A DNA stretch of 64,000 nt from Syntrophobacterales bacterium (GCA_037388025.1 JARRKO010000034.1:32336-96335); one strand, 5' to 3'. Counted from the stretch's first letter, positions 55,260 through 64,000 are shown. The notes: a model not told the origin generated them from the letters alone. Made by a program: numbers and translations.

Positions 55260-56413
55260 TCCCCCGACGCGGCCGACTTGACTTCCGGGCGAACCTTTGT
55301 ACCGGGCACGAGGCCTGCGGGTTTGACTACCACCAGTTCACCCGCTTTCAGGCCCTCGGTGACCGCGGTCCTGGCTCCATCCTGTAGTCCCAGGACAACT
55401 TTTTGGAAGCGCAGGCGGCCGTGGTCCGCCACCAGGACGCCTTTGCCGCCGTTTTTAGCGATGATGGCGGACAAGGGCACCACTGGGGCGGTCTGGCGCC
55501 CGGTATCAATCTCCACCTGTCCTTCCTCACCGATAACCAGGGGTTTGGGCAACTCGCTGAACTTCACATCTACTTCCAGCTCCCGGGTCACGGTGTCGCC
55601 TTCCTGGTTGAGCCGGGCCACCTGCCCCTGAAACTCGCGTCCGGAGCGCAGGGTTATCTTAGCCGGCTGGCCCGGCCGCAATTGGGCCACCAGAGCCTGG
55701 TCGATCCAGGTGGCCATCCAGATCTGGTCCGGGTCCACCATCTGAAAGATCGGGCTGCCGGGGATCAGGGTGGTGCCCACCTCCGCCTTGCGTACGGTGA
55801 TGAGGCCATCCATGGGAGCCACGATGCGGGTGTAATTGTGGAGCGCGGCCGCGGCCTTGGTTTCTGAGTCGGCCTGCTTCACCGCGGCTTTAAGAGCGGT
55901 CACCGTGGCCTGAAACGACGTGACCTCGCTTTCCGCCACCTTGAGTTGAGCCTTGGTGGTGTCAAAGGCCGCCTGAGAAATGTAGCCGGGCTTGAAGACC
56001 TCCAGGTCTCGCTGGTAGTTGCTTTTGGCCAAATCCAGGTTGGCCTGGGCCTTGCCCAGATCCGCCTGGGCCCGGGCCAGATCTTGCTGGGCGCGGTTTT
56101 TGGCGGCCTGGGCTGCAGCCTGCCGGGCTCTCAACTCCACCGCATCCAGTTTCGCCAGGAGCTGCCCTTTTTTCACCCAATCTCCCTGGTCGGCATAGAG
56201 GTCCTCCAGGATTCCGGTGATCTTGGGGCTAATGGTCACCGGCACTTTGGATTGCACCGTGCCCGGTCCCTGGACCAGGCCTCGTATCTCCATCTTTTTT
56301 ACTGCGATAACCGGCACCGGCGGACTGTACCAGAACAGTCGGTAACCCAACAGGGCGATGAGAATGGCCCCAAAAGTAATCCCGACCGCCTTTTTCCCTC
56401 CAGGTATGTTCAC
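55256..56413 (-). CDS. Efflux periplasmic adaptor (HlyD/MFP, MacA-like)
   Basis: TM anchor, lipoyl/barrel-sandwich motifs (GILEDLYADQGDWVKKGQLLAKLD), a long alpha-hairpin and a C-terminal beta-barrel. Confidence 0.9.
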   Translation of the reverse strand: MNIPGGKKAVGITFGAILIALLGYRLFWYSPPVPVIAVKKMEIRGLVQGPGTVQSKVPVTISPKITGILEDLYADQGDWVKKGQLLAKLDAVELRARQAAAQAAKNRAQQDLARAQADLGKAQANLDLAKSNYQRDLEVFKPGYISQAAFDTTKAQLKVAESEVTSFQATVTALKAAVKQADSETKAAAALHNYTRIVAPMDGLITVRKAEVGTTLIPGSPIFQMVDPDQIWMATWIDQALVAQLRPGQPAKITLRSGREFQGQVARLNQEGDTVTRELEVDVKFSELPKPLVIGEEGQVEIDTGRQTAPVVPLSAIIAKNGGKGVLVADHGRLRFQKVVLGLQDGARTAVTEGLKAGELVVVKPAGLVPGTKVRPEVKSAASGD

Positions 56414-57759
56414 TTGTCTTGATCTCCCCTGGTTTTTTGCTGAACCGGCTCGTAAGGGCCGGAGCCGGTGATTTGTTGGACACGGGCCTTGCCGATTTCA
56501 TAGGCCACGGCATACCCGATCAACTGGAAGCGCGACGCGGTCAGGTCCACCTGGGATTGGAGCACGTCCAGGCCGATGGCTTTCCCCACCCGGTACAAGG
56601 CTTGGGCGCTGGCAAAGGCCTCTTCATTGGTGGCCACGGTCTGCCGGGTGGAAGTCACGCCGTGGCGGGCATCTTCCTGGTCCTTCCAGGCGGCGGTCAG
56701 GTCCGCCTTGAGGCTGTTGAGGCGGTCCCGTTTTTTCTCCACTAGTTGCAGGTTCTGGGAGGCAGCCTTGGCCACCTGGGCCTTGGTCAGACCCCCCTCG
56801 AAGAAGGGAAACTCCAGAAAAACTCCGTAGAGCCATTCCCCCTTGGTGCCCCCCACATCCCGGTGGCGCATGTCGCCGGAGCCCTGGAGGCTGACCTCGG
56901 GGAAATAACCACCGCGGGCGGCCTTGATCAAAGCCTGGCTTTGGGCCAACTCCAGGTCCAGCCTCTTGAGCTCCGGATTATTTTTTAAAGCCCCTTGCCA
57001 CAGGGAATCCACCTTTCCGGCGGCAGCAAACTCCTGGGGGAGACGTCCCCGGACCTCGATCTGCACCTGCTCCCTCAACCCGAGGGTGCGGGCCAGGATT
57101 TCCTTGGCCAGGCGCTCGGCATTACGGGCCTCGACGACCGCCTGTTCCGCTTCGGATACCTGGGATTGGGCCCGAAACGAATCCAGGTGGGTTACTTTTC
57201 CGGCTTTAAAAAAGGCGTTGGTTAATTTGGCGAATTCCTGCCGCTGGCCCAAGGCTTCCTGAGCCACCTGCAGATTTTCCTTGGCCTCGATCAAACGATA
57301 GAACGCTTCGGTTACCGAATAGGCCACCTCATCGGCGGTGCGCTGGACCTCCTGTCTTTGGGCCTTGGTGCCTTGCCTGGCGGCCCGGGTGTTATGGTAA
57401 TTCTTGAAGCCGCTGAAGATGATCTGCTTGCCGGTGACCCCGGTATAAGTTTCTTCCTGGAAGAGATTGGGGGTGGTCCCGCCAGGGACAAAACGATCGG
57501 AGGGTTGTCGGGTATAATAGGAGAGCAGGGTCAACCGGGGGAAGAACTTGGATCGGGCCGCCTGATAGTCCGCCACCAACTCCTGGACCTTTTCCCGGCT
57601 GGCGGCCAGGACCGGATTATGTTTTCGTGCCAGGTCCAGGCAGTCTTCCAGGGAAAGGGCTTGGTAATCAGGTGAGGATGCTTCGCCACGATATGACGGC
57701 CAGGCTGCCAGGAGGCAGGCAAAGGATAACGCCAGAAGAATCTTGGGTCGATGGCGCAT
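56410..57759 (-). CDS. TolC-family outer-membrane efflux protein
   Basis: Signal peptide and two TolC repeats (LSLEDCLDLARKHNPVLAA..., ALKNNPELKRLDLELAQSQA...). It is the first gene of the four-gene efflux operon. Confidence 0.9.
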   Translation of the reverse strand: MRHRPKILLALSFACLLAAWPSYRGEASSPDYQALSLEDCLDLARKHNPVLAASREKVQELVADYQAARSKFFPRLTLLSYYTRQPSDRFVPGGTTPNLFQEETYTGVTGKQIIFSGFKNYHNTRAARQGTKAQRQEVQRTADEVAYSVTEAFYRLIEAKENLQVAQEALGQRQEFAKLTNAFFKAGKVTHLDSFRAQSQVSEAEQAVVEARNAERLAKEILARTLGLREQVQIEVRGRLPQEFAAAGKVDSLWQGALKNNPELKRLDLELAQSQALIKAARGGYFPEVSLQGSGDMRHRDVGGTKGEWLYGVFLEFPFFEGGLTKAQVAKAASQNLQLVEKKRDRLNSLKADLTAAWKDQEDARHGVTSTRQTVATNEEAFASAQALYRVGKAIGLDVLQSQVDLTASRFQLIGYAVAYEIGKARVQQITGSGPYEPVQQKTRGDQDK

Positions 57760-57882
57760 TGGTTTGCTCCAGACAGATAAGGGAAGATCGACTCTTACCC
57801 CAAGTTCTGTCTAGAAAACCCTTGCCATAACAAAATCCGGCGCGCCGGACACGATTACGAAAATAATGAAGTTATTAGAAAA

Positions 57883-57990
57883 TAGCTTGCCAGCCCTGAC
57901 AGTTATTACTTTGCCATGAAAAATTCCAGGTGTGCTCTGAATATCAAATCTTGGGTAGGGTAGTCGAGAGGAGGTCTGCTGAATTTGTGG
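57883..57990 (+). repeat. Repeat family R, copy R6 (about 108 bp, 3'-truncated)
   Basis: TAGCTTGCCAGCCCTGACAGTTATTAC...GAAAAATTCCAGGTGTGCTCTGAATATCAAATCTTGG aligns with the first ~75 nt of R3. The TGATAAGTT 3' module is absent. Confidence 0.65.
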
Positions 57991-58003
57991 CGTATTCACC
58001 CAA

Positions 58004-58189
58004 TTACTTTTTATCATTGGGTAGCTCTACCGGCAAGTATAACCTACCCTCTCCGGTAAACGACCCGCCCTGGACGATATGATCATCCTTTTGGTTGGCC
58101 GGGGAGGAGGAGGGCACACCTGCACATGCAGATAAAAATCCCGCCAACGCAACGGCTAGAGTAAATTTCACTAAGATCGAATTCACCAA
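58004..58189 (-). CDS. Possible small lipoprotein (about 55-61 aa)
   Basis: It contains the lipoprotein-type signal KFTLAVALAGFLSAC. The start is ambiguous (TTG at 58189 or GTG at 58171) and no clear Shine-Dalgarno is present. Confidence 0.4.
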   Translation of the reverse strand: MVNSILVKFTLAVALAGFLSACAGVPSSSPANQKDDHIVQGGSFTGEGRLYLPVELPNDKK

Positions 58190-58310
58190 CCAACCCTCTT
58201 TAAGGAAGTGGGCCTAATATTAGGATCTAGCGTCTCCCCTTACCTGTTCGGTACCGTCCTTTCTTCTTCCTTAATTGCCTGTTTCAATGACCTACCTATC
58301 TTGGCTCCAA

Positions 58311-58841
58311 TCAATTAAAGTTAATAATTAGAAATTCATTTTCTGATATATTCCATTTTTCTTCTATTTCTTTGGCTGAGTATCCCATTGATATACCCCC
58401 TATTATTTTCCCATTTTGAAGAATAGGTGCAAAAAAACCATATAGTTTCCCCCCACGCATAAAACCTTCAAAAACAACGTTCATTTTGTTATCATAAGCT
58501 TCCTTTATATGATTATAAGAACTAAAATTCCAACGTGCTTTTCTTATAGGGGGATATATGCTACGGGAAATACCATTCTGATCCATTACCATTATTCTTT
58601 TAGGGACTAACTTACCTTCTTGTTTCATCTCCTCATAAAATGTTTGGAGTATTGGTCTTATATCCTTCCAATCCTTTTTTGATACAGGCTCGACTAAACT
58701 CTTAATAATCTTGTCCATCTCCTGGAGCATCTCCTTCTTTAAAGCTTGAGCCTCTTTACTTAATAAGGGTTTTTCTGTCTGGCATCCTCCCAAAAACAAG
58801 ACAACACATAAGAGCAAAAAAGCCCGAGGCTTTATGCGCAT
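58311..58841 (-). CDS. Lipoprotein with a Cache/PDC-like sensor fold
   Basis: MRIKPRAFLLLCVVLFLGGC lipobox at the internal ATG 58841 (the ORF opens at 58964). The C-terminal pattern VMDQNGISRSIYPP...YGFFAPILQNGKIIGGISMGY is Cache-like. The gene is AT-rich. Confidence 0.55.
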   Translation of the reverse strand: MRIKPRAFLLLCVVLFLGGCQTEKPLLSKEAQALKKEMLQEMDKIIKSLVEPVSKKDWKDIRPILQTFYEEMKQEGKLVPKRIMVMDQNGISRSIYPPIRKARWNFSSYNHIKEAYDNKMNVVFEGFMRGGKLYGFFAPILQNGKIIGGISMGYSAKEIEEKWNISENEFLIINFN

Positions 58842-59108
58842 AGCGACTCGAAAAAAGTAAAATAAATTCATTCTTATTTCTCCAAATCTTCCTTGGCCGA
58901 TAAAATATGCTTCCCCGAAAATCTTTTTGAATCTGAACTGCCTTTTTTCCTCCCGATTGGTCATGGGTAGCTGTCAATCACTTCGAATAAATTATAATAT
59001 TTTTTATTAAGCTGGCAAACGCACTCTATTCCTTTCTTGGGCCAGCGGGCCAGTGCCTGCCAGTAATGTTGTACGGAAGGAAGAAATATTAACTAAAGGA
59101 AGTGCTTA

Positions 59109-59262
59109 TAACTTGCCAAACCTCGCAGTTATCACTTCCCCTTGAAAATTGCAGAGATGATTTGAATATCAGAACAGAGATGGGTTGACCCAAGAATAGG
59201 CTATGAAGACACGCACTGGCTGGCGCCCTCCATGGTGAGGCTGGTGTTAATAGGGCAGTTAT
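59109..59262 (+). repeat. Repeat family R, copy R7 (about 154 bp, internal deletions)
   Basis: The 5' end is TAACTTGCCAAACCTCGCAGTTATCAC...AAAATTGCAGAGATGATTTGAATATCAGAACA. The 3' end is GTGTTAATAGGGCAGTTAT. Confidence 0.7.
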
Positions 59263-59369
59263 CACCACTTTCTAATAATGACCTGTCAGCCGAGATTGGC
59301 ATCTTGGTTCTGTCCTCGGATCATTTATTTAATCTCTTTACCTTGGGACATTCTCAGTCGACTGATCCC

Positions 59370-60203
59370 CTAATCCTTAAAGAAGGCCAACAGGTCGGCG
59401 TTAACCTGATCCTTGTGAGTCGAACAGAGGCCGTGGGGCGCGCCGGGATAGACTTTCAGTGTTGAGCCATTGATAAGCTTGGACGAGAGCAGGGCCGAGG
59501 AGCCGATGGGGACGATCTGGTCATCATCACCGTGGATGATCAGGGTGGGCACATCGAATTTCTTGAGATCCTCAGTTTGATCCGTCTCTGAAAACGCCTT
59601 AATACAAAAGTAAGAGGCAGGGAAACCAGCCATCATTCCCTGGAGCCAGAAGGACTGGCGCACCCCTTCAGAGACTTTTGCTCCCGGCCGATTGTAGCCA
59701 TAGAAAGCCATGGTGAGATCCTGGAAAAACTGCGAGCGGTCGGATAAGACACTGGCGCGGATCTGGTCGAAGACCTCCATCGGCAGGCCCCCTGGATTGG
59801 CGTCGGTCTTCAACATCAGCGGCGGCACCGCGCCAATAAGCACCACCTTGGCCACCCGCTTGGTGCCGTGGCGGGCGATGTAGCGGGCGACTTCGCCACC
59901 CCCCGTGGAGTGGCCTACATGAATGACGTCCTTCAGGTCCAGCGCTTCGACGAGATTGGCCAGGTCGTCGGCGTAGGTGTCCATATCGTTGCCACCCCAA
60001 GGCTGGCTCGAACGTCCATGTCCCCGTCGATCATGGGCGATGCAGCGGTAGCCGTGAGAAGCCAGAAAGAACATTTGGTCTTCCCAGGCGTCCGCGCTCA
60101 GCGGCCAGCCATGGCTGAAGACCACGGGTTGTCCGCTGCCCCAGTCCTTGTAGAAGATCTGGATGTTGCCAGAGTTCTCTTTTCCAACAGTAATGTAATT
60201 CAT
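59370..60203 (-). CDS. Alpha/beta-hydrolase, non-haem haloperoxidase/arylesterase family
   Basis: [25 protein letters not shown]..., the nucleophile elbow GHSTGGGE, and [14 protein letters not shown] and HGL for the catalytic Asp and His. The pattern is strongly family-typical. ATG at 60203. Confidence 0.9.
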   Translation of the reverse strand: MNYITVGKENSGNIQIFYKDWGSGQPVVFSHGWPLSADAWEDQMFFLASHGYRCIAHDRRGHGRSSQPWGGNDMDTYADDLANLVEALDLKDVIHVGHSTGGGEVARYIARHGTKRVAKVVLIGAVPPLMLKTDANPGGLPMEVFDQIRASVLSDRSQFFQDLTMAFYGYNRPGAKVSEGVRQSFWLQGMMAGFPASYFCIKAFSETDQTEDLKKFDVPTLIIHGDDDQIVPIGSSALLSSKLINGSTLKVYPGAPHGLCSTHKDQVNADLLAFFKD

Positions 60204-60404
60204 GGTAAGCCTCACTTTCTTAGCATGGGTTCTCGATGGCCTAGAACCGCTATTGAGGATCAGGGTTCACTGGGCCAATAAGGAAAGGGGATTGGAGATG
60301 CCTATAAGGTAGGGACTAAGATTACTCTGTCAAGAGAATCTGTACGTGGCGGAAAGGCAAGGGAAGTCAGGTACTCTTGAGAAATTTAGTGCGGAAATAG
60401 CTGC

Positions 60405-60568
60405 TATCTTGCCAAACCCCGCAGTTATCACCAGACGCAGAATAATTGCAGAGATGATTTGAATATCAGAACTGGGTGGGGAATGATGTAGGAGCCTGCG
60501 GTGAATACATCCGGCTGGGGTAAATCGGACCCCTTTTGCAGATAAGTGATAAACTTTAGGTGGAGGAT
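60405..60568 (+). repeat. Repeat family R, copy R8 (about 164 bp, internal deletions)
   Basis: The 5' end is TATCTTGCCAAACCCCGCAGTTATCACCAGAC...AATTGCAGAGATGATTTGAATATCAGAAC. The 3' end is AAGTGATAAACTTTAGGTGGAGGA. Confidence 0.7.
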
Positions 60569-60869
60569 TTGGCCCAGGTTGATAAAAAAGCCGGCGGCAA
60601 CCTTGTAGGTTCCTCATGGGACAACGACTGTCCTGATGATGAGGAGAGAGCTTTCGTTAATTTTTTTGATTAAATTGAGTCAGCCTCAGGGGAACTATTC
60701 TGGACTAATCGGGGCAAAACTAATAAGCCTCGCCAACCCTCCTCCCTGTGGCCCTGAGAGCCGGATCGGCCTGGTTAATGGGCCTTCAGGAAGGAGCAGG
60801 GGGAGGCGGGGCCCCCCAGCCCCTTCCTTTTTCAGTAATTGATTACTTGGTTAATCAGGTAGTTTGGTC

Positions 60870-61073
60870 TCATTCATGATCATGGCACAGTAAGATGTCC
60901 AATCCCTCCACCACACTTCTGCTATTTCCCCTCTTCCAAATGCCCCCCCTGGAGGCGTCATCGATCATTGGGTCGACGCCGCCTCCCGGGAGGCGATACA
61001 TTGTGGTCATTTCCTTTACTGCGGCCCGATAAATGGCTTTCTTGGTCAGGCGGAGCTCTATAACCTTTCCCAT
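60870..61073 (-). CDS. Hypothetical small protein (67 aa), possibly co-transcribed with 61119-61403
   Basis: ATG ORF 46 nt downstream of the 94-aa gene on the same strand. No motif recognised. Confidence 0.4.
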   Translation of the reverse strand: MGKVIELRLTKKAIYRAAVKEMTTMYRLPGGGVDPMIDDASRGGIWKRGNSRSVVEGLDILLCHDHE

Positions 61074-61118
61074 GGCTAGGCCCCTCCAGCTGACCTTGTA
61101 TTGAATCCAGGGAATATC

Positions 61119-61403
61119 TCAGTGGAGGACATCCCAATTCAGGTTCAAGGTGTTGTCGTAAAGGGTGTATTTGTACCCCATCATTTTTCCGACTCCGGGA
61201 ACCATTCCCTCTTCCACTTTCCAGTATCGCAGGTAAACAGACGGGACCATGCGGGGTTCATCAGTTAGAGGATCAGGGTCGATATTGTGCCAGACTTCTT
61301 TTTTCTCCATAACCCGCCAAAGGGTGCCATACTTTTTGCTGCGCACCGTCTGCCCCACACTGGGCAGCCCTTTTTCCCGGATAATTTGCTCATACTCTTG
61401 CAT
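61119..61403 (-). CDS. Small conserved hypothetical protein (94 aa), paralogue of 351-635
   Basis: AAGGAGGAG Shine-Dalgarno before the ATG. Same length as the ORF at 351-635 and about half identical to it. Confidence 0.7.
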   Translation of the reverse strand: MQEYEQIIREKGLPSVGQTVRSKKYGTLWRVMEKKEVWHNIDPDPLTDEPRMVPSVYLRYWKVEEGMVPGVGKMMGYKYTLYDNTLNLNWDVLH

Positions 61404-61433
61404 GGCTGTTCTCCTCCTTGAATGAGTTGGGCA

Positions 61434-61470
61434 GAAAAAAATGACTTCTGCCCGTATGGACAGAAGTCAT
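61434..61470 (-). terminator. Strong intrinsic-terminator-like hairpin about 30 nt upstream of the 61403 start (leader attenuator or end of an upstream transcript)
   Basis: The minus-strand RNA is AUGACUUCUGUCC-AUAC-GGGCAGAAGUCAU followed by U7. The 3' half can alternatively pair with the downstream UUCUGCCC (61429-61436 pairs with 61446-61453). Confidence 0.6.
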
Positions 61471-61603
61471 CGGCCCCACCTGAGCAAGGGGGACGGTTTT
61501 GGCGGACTTCATCGCCTTTTATAATCAAAGGTTAGATATCTTCGACCCATATGTCAACCTTAATAATTTTAGTCTGGGGAAATCCTGACGGCCCGATAGC
61601 GGC

Positions 61604-61807
61604 TAACTTGCCAAACCCTGCAGTTATCACCAGACCCTCAAGAATAGCAGCTATAGTTTGAATATCAGAACAAGGCGGGGCAGATCCGTGGATGGGTTTC
61701 GGGGAACCTTGCGAGGGTAGGCCCTGGACGAGAGACTCAATGTTCCGATATGGTCTGGGTAGCTTGAATTTCCAGCGGCTTGATAAGTTTCTAATGAGAG
61801 CAGATAG
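61604..61807 (+). repeat. Repeat family R, copy R9 (204 bp)
   Basis: TAACTTGCCAAACCCTGCAGTTATCACCAGAC...GGCTTGATAAGTTTCTAATGAGAGCAGATAG. It is collinear with 50839-51042 over its full length. Confidence 0.9.
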
Positions 61808-61862
61808 CGCTTCCTCTAATTAAGCATCCAATGCTAAGAAAAGCTTACCGATGGTTCTTACC

Positions 61863-63755
61863 CTATTTCAGTCCCGCTTTGCGCAGCGCATTAATAAACC
61901 GCTCTCTACCCTCTTCCTTCTTGTATGAGAGTTTCTTTCCAAATTTCTCCAGAGAAAACTTGGGTTGTATCCTGAGCACTTCAGCGGCCTCAGCCCGAGC
62001 TTTCTCCTCCCGTCCCGACCAACTATAAACCACAGTCATAATTATGTGGGCTAATAGATCATTAGGCTCTTGACGGACTGCTTTTTCACACCATGTTATC
62101 GCCTCTTCGTATTGCCCCGTACGGGCGTAGGATATTCCTAAACTCCATGCGTAAGCACTCGGCGGGAGAGGATTAAGACGCATCGCCTTTTTGTATTCCG
62201 GAATGGATTCCTGCTCCCTGCCAGCAAAATAAAGGGTCTTACCCAGATAAAAACGGGCCGTAGCTGAATTGGGATTAAGGGCCACAGCCTTCTCTGCTTC
62301 GGCAATGCCCTTATCATACTGTCTGGTCATGGAATATAAGAAGCCCAATCTGCTGTATGCTTCAGTAAAAATGTCATCTAAAGCAATTGCCTTTTGGAAC
62401 AACTCCATAGCCTTGGCTATAGATTGTTTAGGGGATTTTGTCGTGCCCAGCCACACATCCAACGTGTAGGTTCTACCCAAAGCATAGTATGCCCAAGCAT
62501 AATCCGGGTCTAAGGCAATGGCTTCCTCTGCCAATTGCTTTGCCAAAGCATTACTCTCTGGATTCATCCGGTTAACAAGCTCATATGCCTGTAAGTACTT
62601 CAAATAGGCCTCAAGGTTTTTGGTGCCTTTGGCAGCCGCTTTTACTTCCTCGCCCGCCGTCAGCTTTACCTGCATGGCCGTGATGATCTTTTTAGTGATC
62701 TCGTCTTGAACGGCGAATATGTCACGCAGATTTCGGTCATAGCTTTTCGCCCATAGATGACGACCATTAAGAGCATCGATCAACTGGGCGGTTATTCGTA
62801 TCCGGTCTCCCGCCTTTCTCACACTCCCCTCTAAAACATAGCGCACCCCCAGTTCTTCCGCCACCTGCTGAACCTTTACGGGTTTGCCTTTGTAGGTGAA
62901 GGTGGAGTTGCGGGCAATCACAAAGAGCTTGGGAACGCTGCTCAGTGCCGCGATAATCTCCTCGGTGAGCCCATCGCTGAAATACTCCTGCCCAGGGTCG
63001 CCGCTCAGGTTGTTAAAAGGCAGCACCGCAATGGAAGGCTTGTCAGGCAAGGGATATGCCATCTTCTCCACTGAGGCAGTCTCTGTGGGTGGCGAAGTAG
63101 CAGGTCGGTAAGATTTCCAAAGCGCCACACCCCCTGCCACCACACCTAAGGCTATTACCACGGCGAGAGCTGCTCGTGGCCACCTCGGGGCGGGCCTTTT
63201 CTTTTCAGCAATCTTTTGAATTGCTTCGGGCCCGGTTGGTACTTTATACACCCGGACGGGTTTGACGATATTTTTTACGGTGTGCTCGCCGATGTACTCA
63301 TACCCTAAGGCCAGCTTGTTTTCGATCTGCTCGTAAGCACTACCCGAGATGCAGATGCCCCCCGGATCGGCCAGACCCTCCACCCGGGCAGCAATGTTGA
63401 CTCCATCACCATAGATACGCTCACCTTCCTGGATGACATCACCAAGGTTAATCCCGATGCGAAACTCCATCTTGCGCTCGTCAGGCAGCTCAGCATTCTT
63501 GGCTTTTATCACCTCCTGGATCTCCACTGCACTCTGTACTGCATCCACCACGCTGGCAAACTCAGCCAGTAGGTTGTCTCCGGGCGAGTCCACCACCCGG
63601 CCCCGGTATTTCTGGATCACCGAGGTTATCACCTTTCGATGGGTGGTTATGGTGCGGACGGTGGCCTCCTCATCTTCGCCCATGAGGCGGCTGTAACCCT
63701 TGACATCGGCACTAAGGATGGCCGTGAGCTTACGCCTGAAGTCTTCTGTAGCCAT
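61863..63755 (-). CDS. Adenylate/guanylate cyclase with a TM anchor, a TolB-N-like segment and C-terminal TPR repeats
   Basis: N-terminal class III cyclase (LTAILSADVKGYSRLM..., GDNLLAEFASVVDAV, IGINLGDV, GDGVNIAARVEG). One TM helix. PSIAVLPFNNLSGDPGQEYFSDGLTEEI, then multiple TPRs. Confidence 0.9.
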   Translation of the reverse strand: MATEDFRRKLTAILSADVKGYSRLMGEDEEATVRTITTHRKVITSVIQKYRGRVVDSPGDNLLAEFASVVDAVQSAVEIQEVIKAKNAELPDERKMEFRIGINLGDVIQEGERIYGDGVNIAARVEGLADPGGICISGSAYEQIENKLALGYEYIGEHTVKNIVKPVRVYKVPTGPEAIQKIAEKKRPAPRWPRAALAVVIALGVVAGGVALWKSYRPATSPPTETASVEKMAYPLPDKPSIAVLPFNNLSGDPGQEYFSDGLTEEIIAALSSVPKLFVIARNSTFTYKGKPVKVQQVAEELGVRYVLEGSVRKAGDRIRITAQLIDALNGRHLWAKSYDRNLRDIFAVQDEITKKIITAMQVKLTAGEEVKAAAKGTKNLEAYLKYLQAYELVNRMNPESNALAKQLAEEAIALDPDYAWAYYALGRTYTLDVWLGTTKSPKQSIAKAMELFQKAIALDDIFTEAYSRLGFLYSMTRQYDKGIAEAEKAVALNPNSATARFYLGKTLYFAGREQESIPEYKKAMRLNPLPPSAYAWSLGISYARTGQYEEAITWCEKAVRQEPNDLLAHIIMTVVYSWSGREEKARAEAAEVLRIQPKFSLEKFGKKLSYKKEEGRERFINALRKAGLK

Positions 63756-64000
63756 GCCAATACCTCCTTTTATTGTTGGAGAGGACAGGCCAACTTATGT
63801 TTGGAGCTCGACCAGGCCAAGGGGAACAGGCTCATATATAGTCGCTTATGAATGCGCCAGAATGGGAGAGTTGAACTTGGTTCCAGCTAGAATTATGATA
63901 GCATAAATTTTGCCGGAAAAATTTCCTCCAGATTTTCGACTGCACCATCACCTACTGAGCATTCAGGCAAACCCTATGATGGGTGAGTACAATATACCTT

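Noticed and set aside
37705-61807. Reading the R repeats as integron attC sites, or the region as a super-integron cassette array.
   Set aside because: There is no intI or attI in the window. The termini do not fit the RYYYAAC / GTTRRRY core sites; GCCAAAC is only a near-miss and there is no GTTRRRY. Several blocks are multi-gene operons with their own promoters.

Overview
This 64-kb window comes from a moderately GC-rich bacterial chromosome. A selenoprotein, a PEP-CTERM protein, giant multi-PAS kinases and Fe-S/FMN enzymes suggest an anaerobic Desulfobacterota-like organism, but that is inference only. I support about 45 protein-coding genes. I see no rRNA, complete tRNA, CRISPR array, transposase or integrase. 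The left half (1-28.5 kb) is mostly housekeeping: an MscK-like channel, MgtE, a Mla/MCE-type ABC operon, a GT2 plus flippase-like pair, an APC permease, a 2026-aa cytoplasmic multi-PAS histidine kinase, a phasin, TauE and two tandem cytidylate-kinase-like paralogues. The most interesting region is an AT-rich three-gene island (29.6-37.5 kb). It encodes a SLATT-like membrane protein, a DUF4062/TIR-like plus SIR2-like protein, and a 1710-aa STAND NTPase. The NTPase has one TM helix, two FlhA(FHIPEP)-C-like modules and a TPR tail. I read this island as a candidate undescribed defence/conflict system. The right half (37.7-62 kb) is cut into blocks by a previously unrecognised intergenic repeat of about 204 bp. 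There are at least 9 copies, and all 8 copies in this half lie on the + strand. The same half holds a PEP-CTERM repeat protein broken by a perfect 13-bp tandem duplication. It also holds an exported peroxiredoxin with in-frame UGA (Sec) at the peroxidatic position and a SECIS-like hairpin. Further genes there are a two-component system with a PhnD-like binding protein flanked by two paralogous small secreted peptides, a glutamate-synthase-like FMN enzyme, a KaiC-like/HTH/cupin regulator, a decayed chimeric ynfA pseudogene, two adenylate cyclases and a MacAB-TolC-like efflux operon. All domain calls come from reading motifs in the supplied translations. No database search was run.
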